Part shown: piece by piece, positions 1 through 8,396 of the stretch | Position numbering within the stretch: the first letter of the stretch is position 1 | How the letters are laid out: each line of letters opens with the position of its first letter | Source: an uncultured Solirubrobacteraceae bacterium | GTDB taxonomy: Bacteria > Actinomycetota > Thermoleophilia > Solirubrobacterales > Solirubrobacteraceae | Direction: 5' to 3' | Length of the DNA stretch: 64,000 nucleotides | Assembly (NCBI GenBank): GCA_963827455.1 | Contig: CAWHAW010000011.1 | Location: 6,228-70,227 of the forward strand | Notes under the pieces: generated by a model | Seen by the model: only the letters and a program-made list of their open reading frames with translations | What the model was told of the DNA's origin: nothing | Database searches by the model: none | Translations under genes and position numbers: made by a program

Positions 1-831
1 CGCGCCGAACCCGGCGAAGAACAGCACCGAGGCCCCGACCGCGAGCCCGAAGCTGCGAACGCGCAGCATCGCCGGCTCCACGACCGGCGAGTCGTGCCGT
101 TCCGAGCGCCACCAGATTGCGGGCAATCCAACCACCGCGACGGCGAGCAGAGCGACGATCGGCGCGGAGTTCCAGCCCCATTCCTGTCCCTTGACGATCG
201 CCACCACCAACGACCCGATCGTGACAATCAGCGCGAGGGCTCCGAGCAGGTCTGGCCGTCCGGCGCCGAGCTCGCGCCGCTCCGTCAGCGTGCGCACCCC
301 GAAACCGAGGCCCAGCAGCCCGATCGGCACGTTCACGAGGAACACCAACCGCCAGTCCGCCTGGACGAGCAGGCCGCCGAGCGGCGGGCCGGCCGCTGCA
401 GCGATGCCGCCGGTGGCCGCCCACACGCCGATCGCGACATGGCGCTCGTGCGGCGCGAACTCGGGCAGCATCAGGCCGAGCGACGTCGGCACCATCAGCG
501 CGCCGCCGACCGCCTGCACGACGCGAGCGACGATCAGCACGTCGACCGAGGGCGCGAGGGCGCACGCCGTGCTCGCCGCGACGAAGATCCCGAGACCCAG
601 CAGGAATGCGCGCTTGCGTCCGAAGGCATCGGCCCAGCGTCCAGCGGGAACGAGCAGCGCCGCGAACACGATCGCGTAGGCGCTGAGGATCCACGACAGC
701 GAGCCCAGCGAGACCCCGCCGAAGTGCTTGGCGATCGCCGGGAAGGCGATATTGACGATGAACAGGTCCAGGCTCGCCATGAACACCCCGACACCCACGA
801 TCAACGAGACGCGCCACTTGCGTTGCATCAT
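1..831 (-). CDS. MFS transporter, DHA2/EmrB-QacA family (3' end runs off the window)
   Basis: Not in the ORF track. Manual translation from ATG 831 gives MMQRKWRVSLIVGVGVFMASLDLFIVNIAFPAI...WILSAYAIVFAALLVPAGRWADAFGRKR, which contains the DHA2 N-terminal motif and MFS motif A. Confidence 0.9.
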   Translation of the reverse strand, partial: MMQRKWRVSLIVGVGVFMASLDLFIVNIAFPAIAKHFGGVSLGSLSWILSAYAIVFAALLVPAGRWADAFGRKRAFLLGLGIFVAASTACALAPSVDVLIVARVVQAVGGALMVPTSLGLMLPEFAPHERHVAIGVWAATGGIAAAAGPPLGGLLVQADWRLVFLVNVPIGLLGLGFGVRTLTERRELGAGRPDLLGALALIVTIGSLVVAIVKGQEWGWNSAPIVALLAVAVVGLPAIWWRSERHDSPVVEPAMLRVRSFGLAVGASVLFFAGFGA

Positions 832-866
832 GAAACGGACAATACCATAGAGTTGCATCATGCAAC
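822..866. promoter_or_regulatory. Tandem palindromic operator pair, probably bound by the adjacent HxlR-family regulator
   Basis: GTTGCATCATGAAAC (822-836) and the perfect inverted repeat GTTGCAT-C-ATGCAAC (852-866) lie 30 bp apart between divergent genes. Confidence 0.65.
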
Positions 867-889
867 CCAAGTCGCTAGAATATGCGTCA

Positions 890-1396
890 ATGCTTGGAAG
901 TGACTACTACGGACAGACGTGCAGCATCGCGGGCGCGCTCGAGGTGGTCGGTGAGCGCTGGTCGCTGCTGATCGTGCGCAACGTGTTCCTCGGCCTGCGC
1001 CGCTTCGATGAGATCCAGGCGAACCTGGGGATCGCTCGCAACGTCCTGCAAACACGCCTCACCCGGCTGCTCGAGCAGGGCGTGCTCGAGAAGCGCCTCT
1101 ACCAGGAGCACCCGCCTCGCTACGAATACCGCCTGACCGAGAAGGGTCTCGACCTGTGGCCGACCATGGTTGCACTGATGCAGTGGGGCGACCGCTACAC
1201 ACCGCAGAGTGGCGGGCCGGCGGTCGTGCTCGAACATCGTGGCTGCGGTGGCGCGGTCAACGAGCACCGCCTGTGCGAGACGTGCGGTTCGAGGCTGTCG
1301 GTACGCGACGTGCGCGCGGTTCCCGGCCCCGGCGCCGCGCCCGACCACCCGCTCTTCCGCCGCGCCGCGCGCCTTCAGGACGCCCAGCCGGCCTAA
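890..1396 (+). CDS. HxlR-family winged-helix transcriptional regulator
   Basis: CSIAGALEVVGERWSLLIVR...RRFDEIQANLGIARNVL...YEYRLTEKGLDL. C-terminal HxxC/CxxC. TAGAAT lies 8 nt before the ATG. Confidence 0.92.
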   Translation: MLGSDYYGQTCSIAGALEVVGERWSLLIVRNVFLGLRRFDEIQANLGIARNVLQTRLTRLLEQGVLEKRLYQEHPPRYEYRLTEKGLDLWPTMVALMQWGDRYTPQSGGPAVVLEHRGCGGAVNEHRLCETCGSRLSVRDVRAVPGPGAAPDHPLFRRAARLQDAQPA

Positions 1397-1400
1397 TCGC

Positions 1401-1796
1401 CTACAGGCTGGCCGCGAGCAGGCCCGCGACGAGCTCGACGCCTTCGCGCGCCATCCGCGAGCGGGCGACAATCACATCAAAGCCCGCCCGCTGCGCGCGC
1501 TCGCGTGTGGCTGAATCGACGTGCGAGTAGAAGCCGAGCGTGCGCATTGACCCGAGCTGACCCGTGGCGAGGAGCGCTTCCACGATCGACGCTCCGTCGA
1601 GATCTGGGTCGGTCAGGTCCACCACCAGCACATCCGCTGACGCGTTCTCGCCGTCACCGTCGGTGGAATCGCCCAGCCGACCTTTGAGCAGCGCGTCATC
1701 GGCCAGCAGCTCGACGTCGTATCCGGCGACGGTGAGCGCTCCCTGCACCTGCGAGCCGAACAGCAGGTCGCGTGTCAGCGCGAGCACGCGCGCCAT
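1401..1796 (-). CDS. Stand-alone atypical response-regulator receiver-like protein
   Basis: MARVLALTRDLLF...ADVLVVDL...LGFYSHVD...AGFDVIVARS follows the receiver topology, but the conserved Lys appears to be replaced by Arg. Confidence 0.65.
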   Translation of the reverse strand: MARVLALTRDLLFGSQVQGALTVAGYDVELLADDALLKGRLGDSTDGDGENASADVLVVDLTDPDLDGASIVEALLATGQLGSMRTLGFYSHVDSATRERAQRAGFDVIVARSRMAREGVELVAGLLAASL

Positions 1797-1798
1797 CG

Positions 1799-2161
1799 CT
1801 ACTGCGCCCGTAGGCGACGAAACTGCTCGCGCTCGGAGTATGGGCGCCCCCACATCTCCCGGACCTCCACACGCCCGCTGCGTTCCTCGCGTACCACCAT
1901 CTCAGCGTCGATGCCCGCCTCATCGAGCAGCCCGAACGCACCGTGGACGGTCGGCGCAGCGGCCGCGTGGCCGAAGCGGTGCGCTACCAGCAGCCGCCAG
2001 TGCCAGTCGTGATGTGAGTAGGGACGCGCGTTGCACGTCGTCAGCAGCGTTGCCGCCTCGACGTAGCGCGACTCGTCGGCGATCCTCAGATCGAGCTCGA
2101 GATCGGTCCAGTCCTCGGGAAGCGAATCGACGATCCGCTGGAAGTCCTCCGCCAAAGGCAT
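1799..2161 (-). CDS. Hypothetical protein
   Basis: MPLAEDFQRIVDSLPEDWTDLELDLRI... has protein-like composition and its stop is 2 nt from the next gene. Confidence 0.7.
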   Translation of the reverse strand: MPLAEDFQRIVDSLPEDWTDLELDLRIADESRYVEAATLLTTCNARPYSHHDWHWRLLVAHRFGHAAAAPTVHGAFGLLDEAGIDAEMVVREERSGRVEVREMWGRPYSEREQFRRLRAQ

Positions 2162-2195
2162 TGAGCGCAAGCCTAGCGCGGCTATTCTCGAACCG

Positions 2196-3221
2196 ATGGC
2201 AAGCGCACACACGGATACGGTCGCGAGCGCGGGCGCGGACGCCCTCGACACCGAATATCGAGTCCTCCTCGACGGTTGTGGCCTGCTGGATCGCTCCGAG
2301 CGGGGCAAGCTCGCGCTAACTGGCGCGGGCGCACTGGAGTTCCTCGACGGACAGGTTACAAACGAGCTCGGCTCATTGCGTCCCGGCACGGGCTGCTACG
2401 CGGCCTTTCTGACACACAAGGGCAAGATGCTCGGCGACCTGCGGATCCTCGCCGTCAGCGACGACGAGGACGCGAGCGGGGACGAGCCCGGCGCTCCGGC
2501 GGCGCTCCTGCTCGATACCGAGCGCGTCGCGTTGCAGGGACTGTTCGACATGATCCGCCGCTTCAGGGTCGGCTACGAGGTCGAGCTGCACAAGCGCACC
2601 GCAGAGCGCGGGCTGCTCTCGCTGATCGGTCCCGGCGCAACGGCGATCGCGGCCGCCGAGGGGCTCGCGGAGGCGGAGCACGCGAACGCGCTCGTCGAGA
2701 TTGCCGGGATCGCAGCGCTGGCCGTGCGCACCGACGTGGGCATCGACCTGATCTGCGCCGCGGCGTCCACGCCGGCGTTGAGCGCGGCGCTGGACGCGCG
2801 TGGCGCGCGGCCCGTCTCCGAACGGGCGGCCGAGTGTCTACGCGTCGAGCGCGGCCGTCCCCGCTACGGCGTCGACCTCGACGACACCGTCATTCCCCAG
2901 GAGGCCGGGCTGAACGAGCGCGCGGTGAGCTTCACCAAGGGTTGCTATGTCGGGCAGGAGACCGTCGCGCGGCTCTACTACAGAGGCAAGCCCAACCGTC
3001 ATCTGCGGGGACTGCAGCTGTCCGCGCCTGCGGCGCCCGGCGACGAGCTGCGTCTGGGCGAGCGTCCGGTTGGCCGTGTCGGCAGCGCCGTCATCTCCCC
3101 CAGGCTGGGCCCGATCGCGCTGGCACTCGTGCGCCGCGAGGCGCCGCCGGGAAGCACGGTGGGCGTCGGCGAGGCCGGCGCGAGCGCCGAGGTGCTCGCA
3201 CTGCCGTTTCCCGCCGGCTGA
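2196..3221 (+). CDS. ygfZ: YgfZ/GcvT-family folate-binding protein (Fe-S maturation)
   Basis: Signature KGCYVGQE and FLDGQVTNE...FLTHKGKM. Confidence 0.9.
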   Translation: MASAHTDTVASAGADALDTEYRVLLDGCGLLDRSERGKLALTGAGALEFLDGQVTNELGSLRPGTGCYAAFLTHKGKMLGDLRILAVSDDEDASGDEPGAPAALLLDTERVALQGLFDMIRRFRVGYEVELHKRTAERGLLSLIGPGATAIAAAEGLAEAEHANALVEIAGIAALAVRTDVGIDLICAAASTPALSAALDARGARPVSERAAECLRVERGRPRYGVDLDDTVIPQEAGLNERAVSFTKGCYVGQETVARLYYRGKPNRHLRGLQLSAPAAPGDELRLGERPVGRVGSAVISPRLGPIALALVRREAPPGSTVGVGEAGASAEVLALPFPAG

Positions 3222-3239
3222 GCTGCGCGGCCGGCACCG

Positions 3240-3425
3240 CTAGGCGCCGGCACCGTCCTCAGGGGGCTTTTGATCCTGCAGGTGCTTGCGGATCGCCGCG
3301 TCGTGCGCCCTGACCGCGTCAGGACTCGGAGGCGTGTCGAGCGTGCTGATGACGTTGGGCGCGTTCAGAGGCAGCGTGGTCGGCTCCAGCTCACCGGGAT
3401 CCTTGAACGGCTGCTCTTCAGTCAT
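3240..3425 (-). CDS. Small hypothetical protein
   Basis: 61 aa with a GAGGGAG-like SD upstream. Overlaps the end of the upstream gene by 8 nt. Confidence 0.45.
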   Translation of the reverse strand: MTEEQPFKDPGELEPTTLPLNAPNVISTLDTPPSPDAVRAHDAAIRKHLQDQKPPEDGAGA

Positions 3426-3720
3426 CGTGCTCTCCCTCGGGCGGAATACCCGATTCCTCAGTGTAGGACTGCCACTGTTCGCCGAGAAGGTCGAGCAGCT
3501 GACTGGCGAGCAGCGGCGAGAAGGACACGCGCGAGACGACCATCCCCTGCTGTCCCTGCGGCCCGATGCGCATGAAGTCGAGCGTGAACTCGTGCGGTGT
3601 GCGCGCGATCGCCGCCGCGTTGGCCCACTTGCCGGCGAACTCCTCCGGCGGGATCATGATGTTCGGGCCCTGCTCGGCAGGCGACTGGTCGGGATCCTCG
3701 GGTGGCTCTGGATCGGGCAC
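3418..3720 (-). CDS. DUF3467-like protein
   Basis: IPPEEFAGKWANAAAIARTPHEFTLDF...VVSRVSFSP matches the G-x-[YW]-AN...EF-x-LDF pattern. GTG start at 3720. Confidence 0.75.
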   Translation of the reverse strand: MPDPEPPEDPDQSPAEQGPNIMIPPEEFAGKWANAAAIARTPHEFTLDFMRIGPQGQQGMVVSRVSFSPLLASQLLDLLGEQWQSYTEESGIPPEGEHDD

Positions 3721-3873
3721 TGGGCGTCGAGCGTAGCGCGACGGCATCGGCCCCGCAGCTGCCAGCTTCGGCCTACCTCGAAAGCGTCGCCCGATGCTCG
3801 CGCGCACGCGCACAGTCGCCGCGGGTAGGATTGGGCTTCGTTCCTGACCCCGACCGACGAGGTTCCAGAGCAA

Positions 3874-5130
3874 GTGGCGATCGATCTCCAACAAGTTTCC
3901 GCCGTAGACGCAGAGCCGGGCGAGCTGCCCAAGACGATGGCCGCCTGGGTGATCCGAGAGGAGCGCCAGGGCGAACCGAAGGACGCCTTCCAGATCGAGG
4001 AGATCGAAGTCCCTGAGCCCGGGGCGTTCGAGGTGATCGTCCGCGTGATGGCGGCCGGCGTCAACTACAACAACGTGTGGGCGGCGCTCGGCGAGCCGGT
4101 CGGCGTGTGGCGCTACGGCGACCACCCGCAGTACGGCCACCACATCGGCGGCTCCGATGCCTCGGGGGTCGTGTGGAAGGTCGGTGCCGGCGTCACTCGC
4201 TGGAAGCCCGGCGACGAGGTCGTGGTGCACTGCAACCAGGCCTCCTACGAGGACCCGGAGGTGCACGGCCTCGACCCGATGGCAGCGCCGTCGCAGAAGA
4301 TCTGGGGCTACGAGACGACATGGGGCTCGTTCGCGCAGTTCACGAAGGTGCAGGCACAGCAGCTGCTGCCCAAGCCGCACGCGTTGACCTGGGAGGAGGC
4401 GGCCTCCTACGGCCTCGTCTACTTCACCGCCTACCGCATGCTGATCACGCGCTGCAAAATGCAGGCCGGCGCGAACGTGCTGATCTGGGGTGCCGCCGGC
4501 GGGCTGGGCGTATTCGCAACACAGCTGTGCGCGGCCGCAGGGGCACACTGCGTCGGTGTCGTCTCCTCGGCCGAGAAGGGCGAGCTCGTCAAGCGGCTCG
4601 GCGCCGTCGACTACATCGACCGTGCCGAGTTCACGGGCATGATGCGGACCGGCAGCGAGACCCCCGAGGAGGACAAGGCGCGCTTCGGCGTTTCCCGCGA
4701 ATTCTCAAAGCGCGTCAAGGCGATCCTCGGCGACGCGCCCGACATCGTGTTCGAGCACGTCGGCAAGGCGACGTTCCCGACGTCCGTGTTCACGGTCAAG
4801 CCATTCGGCAAGGTCGTGATCTGCGCGGGCACGACCGGCTACAACCTCGACTTCGACGTGCGCTACCTGTGGATGAAGCAGAAGGAGATCCTCGGCTCGC
4901 ACTTCGCCAACGCATACGAGTGCATGAAGGCGAACGAGCTGATCGAGAGCGGCCAGATCCGCCCGGTCCTGTGGCGCACGCTCGGCTTCGAGGGTGTCGC
5001 AGAAGCACACCAGCTGATGCTCGAAAACAAGCATCTCGGCAAGATCTCGATCCTCGTCGGCGCCGACGCCGAGGGCCAGGGCAAGACCGCCGACGGCCCC
5101 GGCGCGATCCACGCGGAGGTGGGAGCCTGA
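3874..5130 (+). CDS. ccrA: Crotonyl-CoA carboxylase/reductase
   Basis: MDR fold with carboxylase signature segments GVNYNNVW, GSDASG, WGYETTWGSFAQF, WGAAGGLG and GSHFAN. Confidence 0.93.
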   Translation: MAIDLQQVSAVDAEPGELPKTMAAWVIREERQGEPKDAFQIEEIEVPEPGAFEVIVRVMAAGVNYNNVWAALGEPVGVWRYGDHPQYGHHIGGSDASGVVWKVGAGVTRWKPGDEVVVHCNQASYEDPEVHGLDPMAAPSQKIWGYETTWGSFAQFTKVQAQQLLPKPHALTWEEAASYGLVYFTAYRMLITRCKMQAGANVLIWGAAGGLGVFATQLCAAAGAHCVGVVSSAEKGELVKRLGAVDYIDRAEFTGMMRTGSETPEEDKARFGVSREFSKRVKAILGDAPDIVFEHVGKATFPTSVFTVKPFGKVVICAGTTGYNLDFDVRYLWMKQKEILGSHFANAYECMKANELIESGQIRPVLWRTLGFEGVAEAHQLMLENKHLGKISILVGADAEGQGKTADGPGAIHAEVGA

Positions 5131-5492
5131 TGGCCGGCACCGTGATCGTTCCGTGGTACGCCACCGGCTTTCGCGGCGAGGACTTCGAGGTGGCCCTCAA
5201 CGAGGCCGCGGCGGTCGCGCTGCGCTACGGCGCGAGCTCTTACGCGGTCTACCGCTCGCGCGATGATCGCTACCGCTTCCAGCAGCTCGCCGTGTTCGAG
5301 GAGTACATCGACTGGGAACGCTATTGGGAAAGCGAGGAGATGACCTTCTTCAGGGCGAGCCACTCGAGCTGGTATCAGGTGCCCGTGCTCTACGGCTGGT
5401 GGGACCTCACCGTTCACGGCGTTGTCACCGAGGGAGCGCTCGCGCCCGGCAACGGCCACGGCAACGGCGTCGCAGTCGGCGACATCAGCTGA
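5130..5492 (+). CDS. Hypothetical protein, possible ABM-like dimeric alpha/beta barrel, translationally coupled to ccrA
   Basis: TGATG overlap with the ccrA stop. MAGTVIVPWYATGFRGEDFE...YAVYRSRDDRYRFQQLAVFEEYIDWERYWES. Confidence 0.75.
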   Translation: MAGTVIVPWYATGFRGEDFEVALNEAAAVALRYGASSYAVYRSRDDRYRFQQLAVFEEYIDWERYWESEEMTFFRASHSSWYQVPVLYGWWDLTVHGVVTEGALAPGNGHGNGVAVGDIS

Positions 5493-5685
5493 GAGAGCCG
5501 TGGACGCGGCTGGACGGTGCCCGGGCCGCCGAGTCTGTCCGGGGCAGCCCCCCGCGCACGTTGCTCGGTCGCTCGCGTGCAAAAGCCGGACCGCAAGCTC
5601 GTGCAGCGAGCCATCCCAGGGCCAGGTTCGCGGAGCAGCCGACTGCCGCGGCGGTACAAGATTTGGCAGTCTCGCGTAAGCGCAA

Positions 5686-5702
5686 ATATCCTGCGGGAAC
5701 AA
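5686..5702. promoter_or_regulatory. Candidate PucR/CdaR-type operator upstream of the SGNH hydrolase
   Basis: Its reverse complement TTGTTCCCGCAGGATAT matches the site at 6850-6866 at 13/17 positions. Confidence 0.45.
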
Positions 5703-5749
5703 GTTTTCACCCGCTCGACGACCATTCTCACGAATTAGGCCCACGGCCC

Positions 5750-5779
5750 TTGACTAGTTACATCAAACTCGGTTACGTT
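5750..5779 (+). promoter_or_regulatory. Sigma70-type promoter for the SGNH hydrolase
   Basis: TTGACT-N18-TACGTT. Confidence 0.55.
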
Positions 5780-5862
5780 CACCCGACAAGCGCTCGGCGG
5801 CGACGGGCCGCGCAGACGTCATTGGCTCCGGGCGAAATACACGGGAGAGGGGACTGGGAACC

Positions 5863-6639
5863 ATGGGGAAACGAGCCCGCATTGTCGGTTTCGTTGTGCT
5901 GGTCGTCGGAGTGCTGGTGCCGGTCGCATCAGCATCTGCGTCACAGTACGTGGCGCTGGGGGATTCATACTCCGCGGGAGTAGGCTCGCGGGTGTTCTAT
6001 GAAGAATCGGGCGAATGCGACCGCAGCCCGGACGCGTATCCGCCGAAGGTCGCGGCGGCCGACGGTTACACGCTGAACTTCGAAGCCTGCAGTGGAGCAA
6101 AGACGCCGGAAGTCAACGAAAAACAGCTTGGCAAATTGAGCAGCAGCACGTCGCTCGTGACGATCACGATCGGCGGCAACGACGCGGGCTTCAGCAACGT
6201 GATGCTCAACTGCGCGCTGTACTACTTCACCTGCGGGAGCGCGATCAGCGAAGCCAACGAATACATCGCGAAAAAACTACCGGGGCTTCTGGAAACCACC
6301 TACAAAGACGTCCGCGCCAAGGCGACCACCGCCCAGGTGATCGTGCTGGGCTATCCGAAGTTGTTCACAAAAGAAGGCACGACGTGCAATGTCAACTTCC
6401 TGACCTCGGGTAACGAGAAGAAAATCAACGAATCGGCAGAAAAAATCGACGCGGTCATCAAGGCCCGAGCAGAAGCGCTGAAATTCACGTTCGTCAACCC
6501 GACGAGCGCGTTTGAAGCCCACGAGGTCTGTGCGTCTGAAGAATGGCTGAACGGGCAGTCGAACCCGCTTTCAGAAAGCTACCACCCCAACGTCAAAGGC
6601 CAGGCGGAGTTCACGAAACTGGTTGAGGCGGCGATCTAG
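5863..6639 (+). CDS. Secreted SGNH/GDSL hydrolase (SEST-like lipase/esterase)
   Basis: Signal peptide, YVALGDSYSAGVG, ACSGA, TIGGNDAGF and SYHPN. Confidence 0.93.
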   Translation: MGKRARIVGFVVLVVGVLVPVASASASQYVALGDSYSAGVGSRVFYEESGECDRSPDAYPPKVAAADGYTLNFEACSGAKTPEVNEKQLGKLSSSTSLVTITIGGNDAGFSNVMLNCALYYFTCGSAISEANEYIAKKLPGLLETTYKDVRAKATTAQVIVLGYPKLFTKEGTTCNVNFLTSGNEKKINESAEKIDAVIKARAEALKFTFVNPTSAFEAHEVCASEEWLNGQSNPLSESYHPNVKGQAEFTKLVEAAI

Positions 6640-6686
6640 AACTGAGCGTCGCCCGCCGCAGCGGGTTCGATCGGTTGCTCACAACG

Positions 6687-6722
6687 GGGAGAGCTCGGCC
6701 ACGGCCGGGCTCTCCCTGTGTT
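6687..6722 (+). terminator. Strong hairpin, likely terminator of the SGNH gene
   Basis: GGGAGAGCTCGGC-CACG-GCCGGGCTCTCCC followed by TGTGTT. Confidence 0.6.
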
Positions 6723-6849
6723 GCGTTCGGGCGCGTCCCCCCTCCCTCGCGAGCGGAGTCCTGCACGGGCGAGCCCTGTACGCACCCGTCCCGCGCGAGC
6801 AAGTCCTGTAGTGTCGCTGGGGCGCAGGGCGGCTCGACACCATCTGATC

Positions 6850-6866
6850 TTGTTCCCACCGGACAA
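6850..6866. promoter_or_regulatory. Candidate autoregulatory PucR-type operator
   Basis: TTGTTC-CCACC-GGACAA (TTGT-N9-ACAA) just upstream of the likely start of the regulator. Confidence 0.5.
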
Positions 6867-6876
6867 AACAGCGCTT

Positions 6877-8058
6877 TTGGAGCGGGATGCTCCCCCCGCG
6901 CAGCTTCGTGCGGCGCTCGTACCGGCCGTACCGATGATTGTCGACGCGGTGATCGCCGCGATTCGCGGCGAGGAGCGCCGCACCGGTCACCCTGAGAGCG
7001 CACTCGAGCGAAACCTCAGGGTCGGCCTCACTGACGCCGTCGAACGCTGGTTCGCGGCGGCGTCCCCGTCCGCGGACACCGATCTGCATTTCGCGCTTGG
7101 ACGGGCCCATGCACGTTCGGGCCGCGGCCTCGACGAGCTGATGGGCTTCTACCGGGTCGCCGGACGCACAGCGTGGTTGCGCGCGAGCGAAGTCGGTGCA
7201 GCGCAGGGCATCGAGCCGGAGTACCTCTACCGACTGGCCGCGACGGGCTTCTGCTACGTCGATCAGCTTTCCACACAGGCTGCCGCCGGCTACGCAGAGG
7301 AGCAGTCGCACCGCTCCGGCGCGAAACAGTCGCGACGAACCGAGCTCTTGCGTCTGCTGCTCCGCACGCCACAGCCCGACCGCGAGGTGCTCGACGCGGC
7401 CGCCGAGGCAGCGGGCACGCAACTCTCGCCCACGCTCGCGTTCTTCGCCGGCCCGGCCGAGGTCTACGACGCGTTTGTGCGCTCGAGCCACGAGCATTTC
7501 GTACTGGAGCCGAGAGGCGGCAATTTCGTGGGTGCGGTGCTCGACCCGGAAAGCCCGGGGCGACTCGCGCGACTGACAGCGGCGAGCGAACGCACGGGAG
7601 CACAGCTCGCGCTCGGCCCCGCGGTGGCCGTCTCGCACGCGGAGCGCAGCCTCGAGCAAGCCAACACGCTGCTGACCCTCGTGCGTCGCGGCCTCGTCGA
7701 GGGCTTCCCGCTGGTCCGCGCCGATGATCACGACCTCGCCCTGCTGCTGTCCGCGCAGCCGCAACTCGCGAGCGATCTGGTCAGGCGCCGTCTCGCGCCG
7801 CTCGAAGCGATCCAGGGGGCAAAGGCGCGGCGGAACCTGGCGCTGACGCTGCGTGCGTGGCTGCGTAACCCGGGCCAGCGCAAGGCGATCGCCGACACAC
7901 TCGCGGTACATCCGCAGACCGTGCGCTACCGCATGACGCGGCTGCGCGAGCTGTTCGGCGACGCGCTCGATAACGCCGACGGACGCTTCGAGCTCGAGCT
8001 CGCATTGCGGCTGGCGCGATACGCAACGCCAAGCGAGGCCGACGAGAGACGTTACTGA
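6877..8058 (+). CDS. PucR/CdaR-family transcriptional regulator (start uncertain)
   Basis: C-terminal LALTLRAWL...AIADTLAVHPQTVRYRMTRLRELFG HTH and HFALGRAHARSGRGLDELMGFYRV. TTG 6877 chosen because the longer ORF starts inside the terminator. Confidence 0.88.
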   Translation: MERDAPPAQLRAALVPAVPMIVDAVIAAIRGEERRTGHPESALERNLRVGLTDAVERWFAAASPSADTDLHFALGRAHARSGRGLDELMGFYRVAGRTAWLRASEVGAAQGIEPEYLYRLAATGFCYVDQLSTQAAAGYAEEQSHRSGAKQSRRTELLRLLLRTPQPDREVLDAAAEAAGTQLSPTLAFFAGPAEVYDAFVRSSHEHFVLEPRGGNFVGAVLDPESPGRLARLTAASERTGAQLALGPAVAVSHAERSLEQANTLLTLVRRGLVEGFPLVRADDHDLALLLSAQPQLASDLVRRRLAPLEAIQGAKARRNLALTLRAWLRNPGQRKAIADTLAVHPQTVRYRMTRLRELFGDALDNADGRFELELALRLARYATPSEADERRY

Positions 8059-8063
8059 GCGGT

Positions 8064-8352
8064 TCAGCCCTGCTCGAGCGGGGCCATCGTCAGCCCCGCG
8101 CCCTTCAGCTGCTCCCAGTAGTGCTCGGCGGGCTCCTGCTGGCCGGTGTAGACGACGGCGCGGCCGGATGCCGTGGATCACGTTGGCGATCTCCATCCCG
8201 CGCGTGTAGGAGATGCCGGGGATGAAGCGCGCGAGCGTGCGAGCGACATGCTCGAACGTGTTGTGGTCGTCGTTGCAGACGATCACCCTCCACCCCCCTC
8301 CCAGCCCACCGCCGGGTCCGCGCGTGCTGGGCCTCTCGAGCGTTTGATCCAT
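8064..8352 (-). pseudogene. clpS: ClpS adaptor protein with a +1 frameshift near 8170 (probable sequencing error)
   Basis: WRVIVCNDDHNTFEHV...IANVIH continues in a shifted frame as SGRAVVYTGQQEPAEHYWEQLKGAGLTMAPLEQG*. Length is 3n+1. Confidence 0.85.
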
Positions 8353-8396
8353 GGGTCGCAGGATAAAGCTCGTGCCCCGACCGTACAATTGAATGT

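Noticed and set aside
6718-6876. N-terminal extension of the PucR ORF with short ARASP repeats
   Set aside because: It starts inside the upstream terminator and spans the putative operator, so it is probably non-coding.
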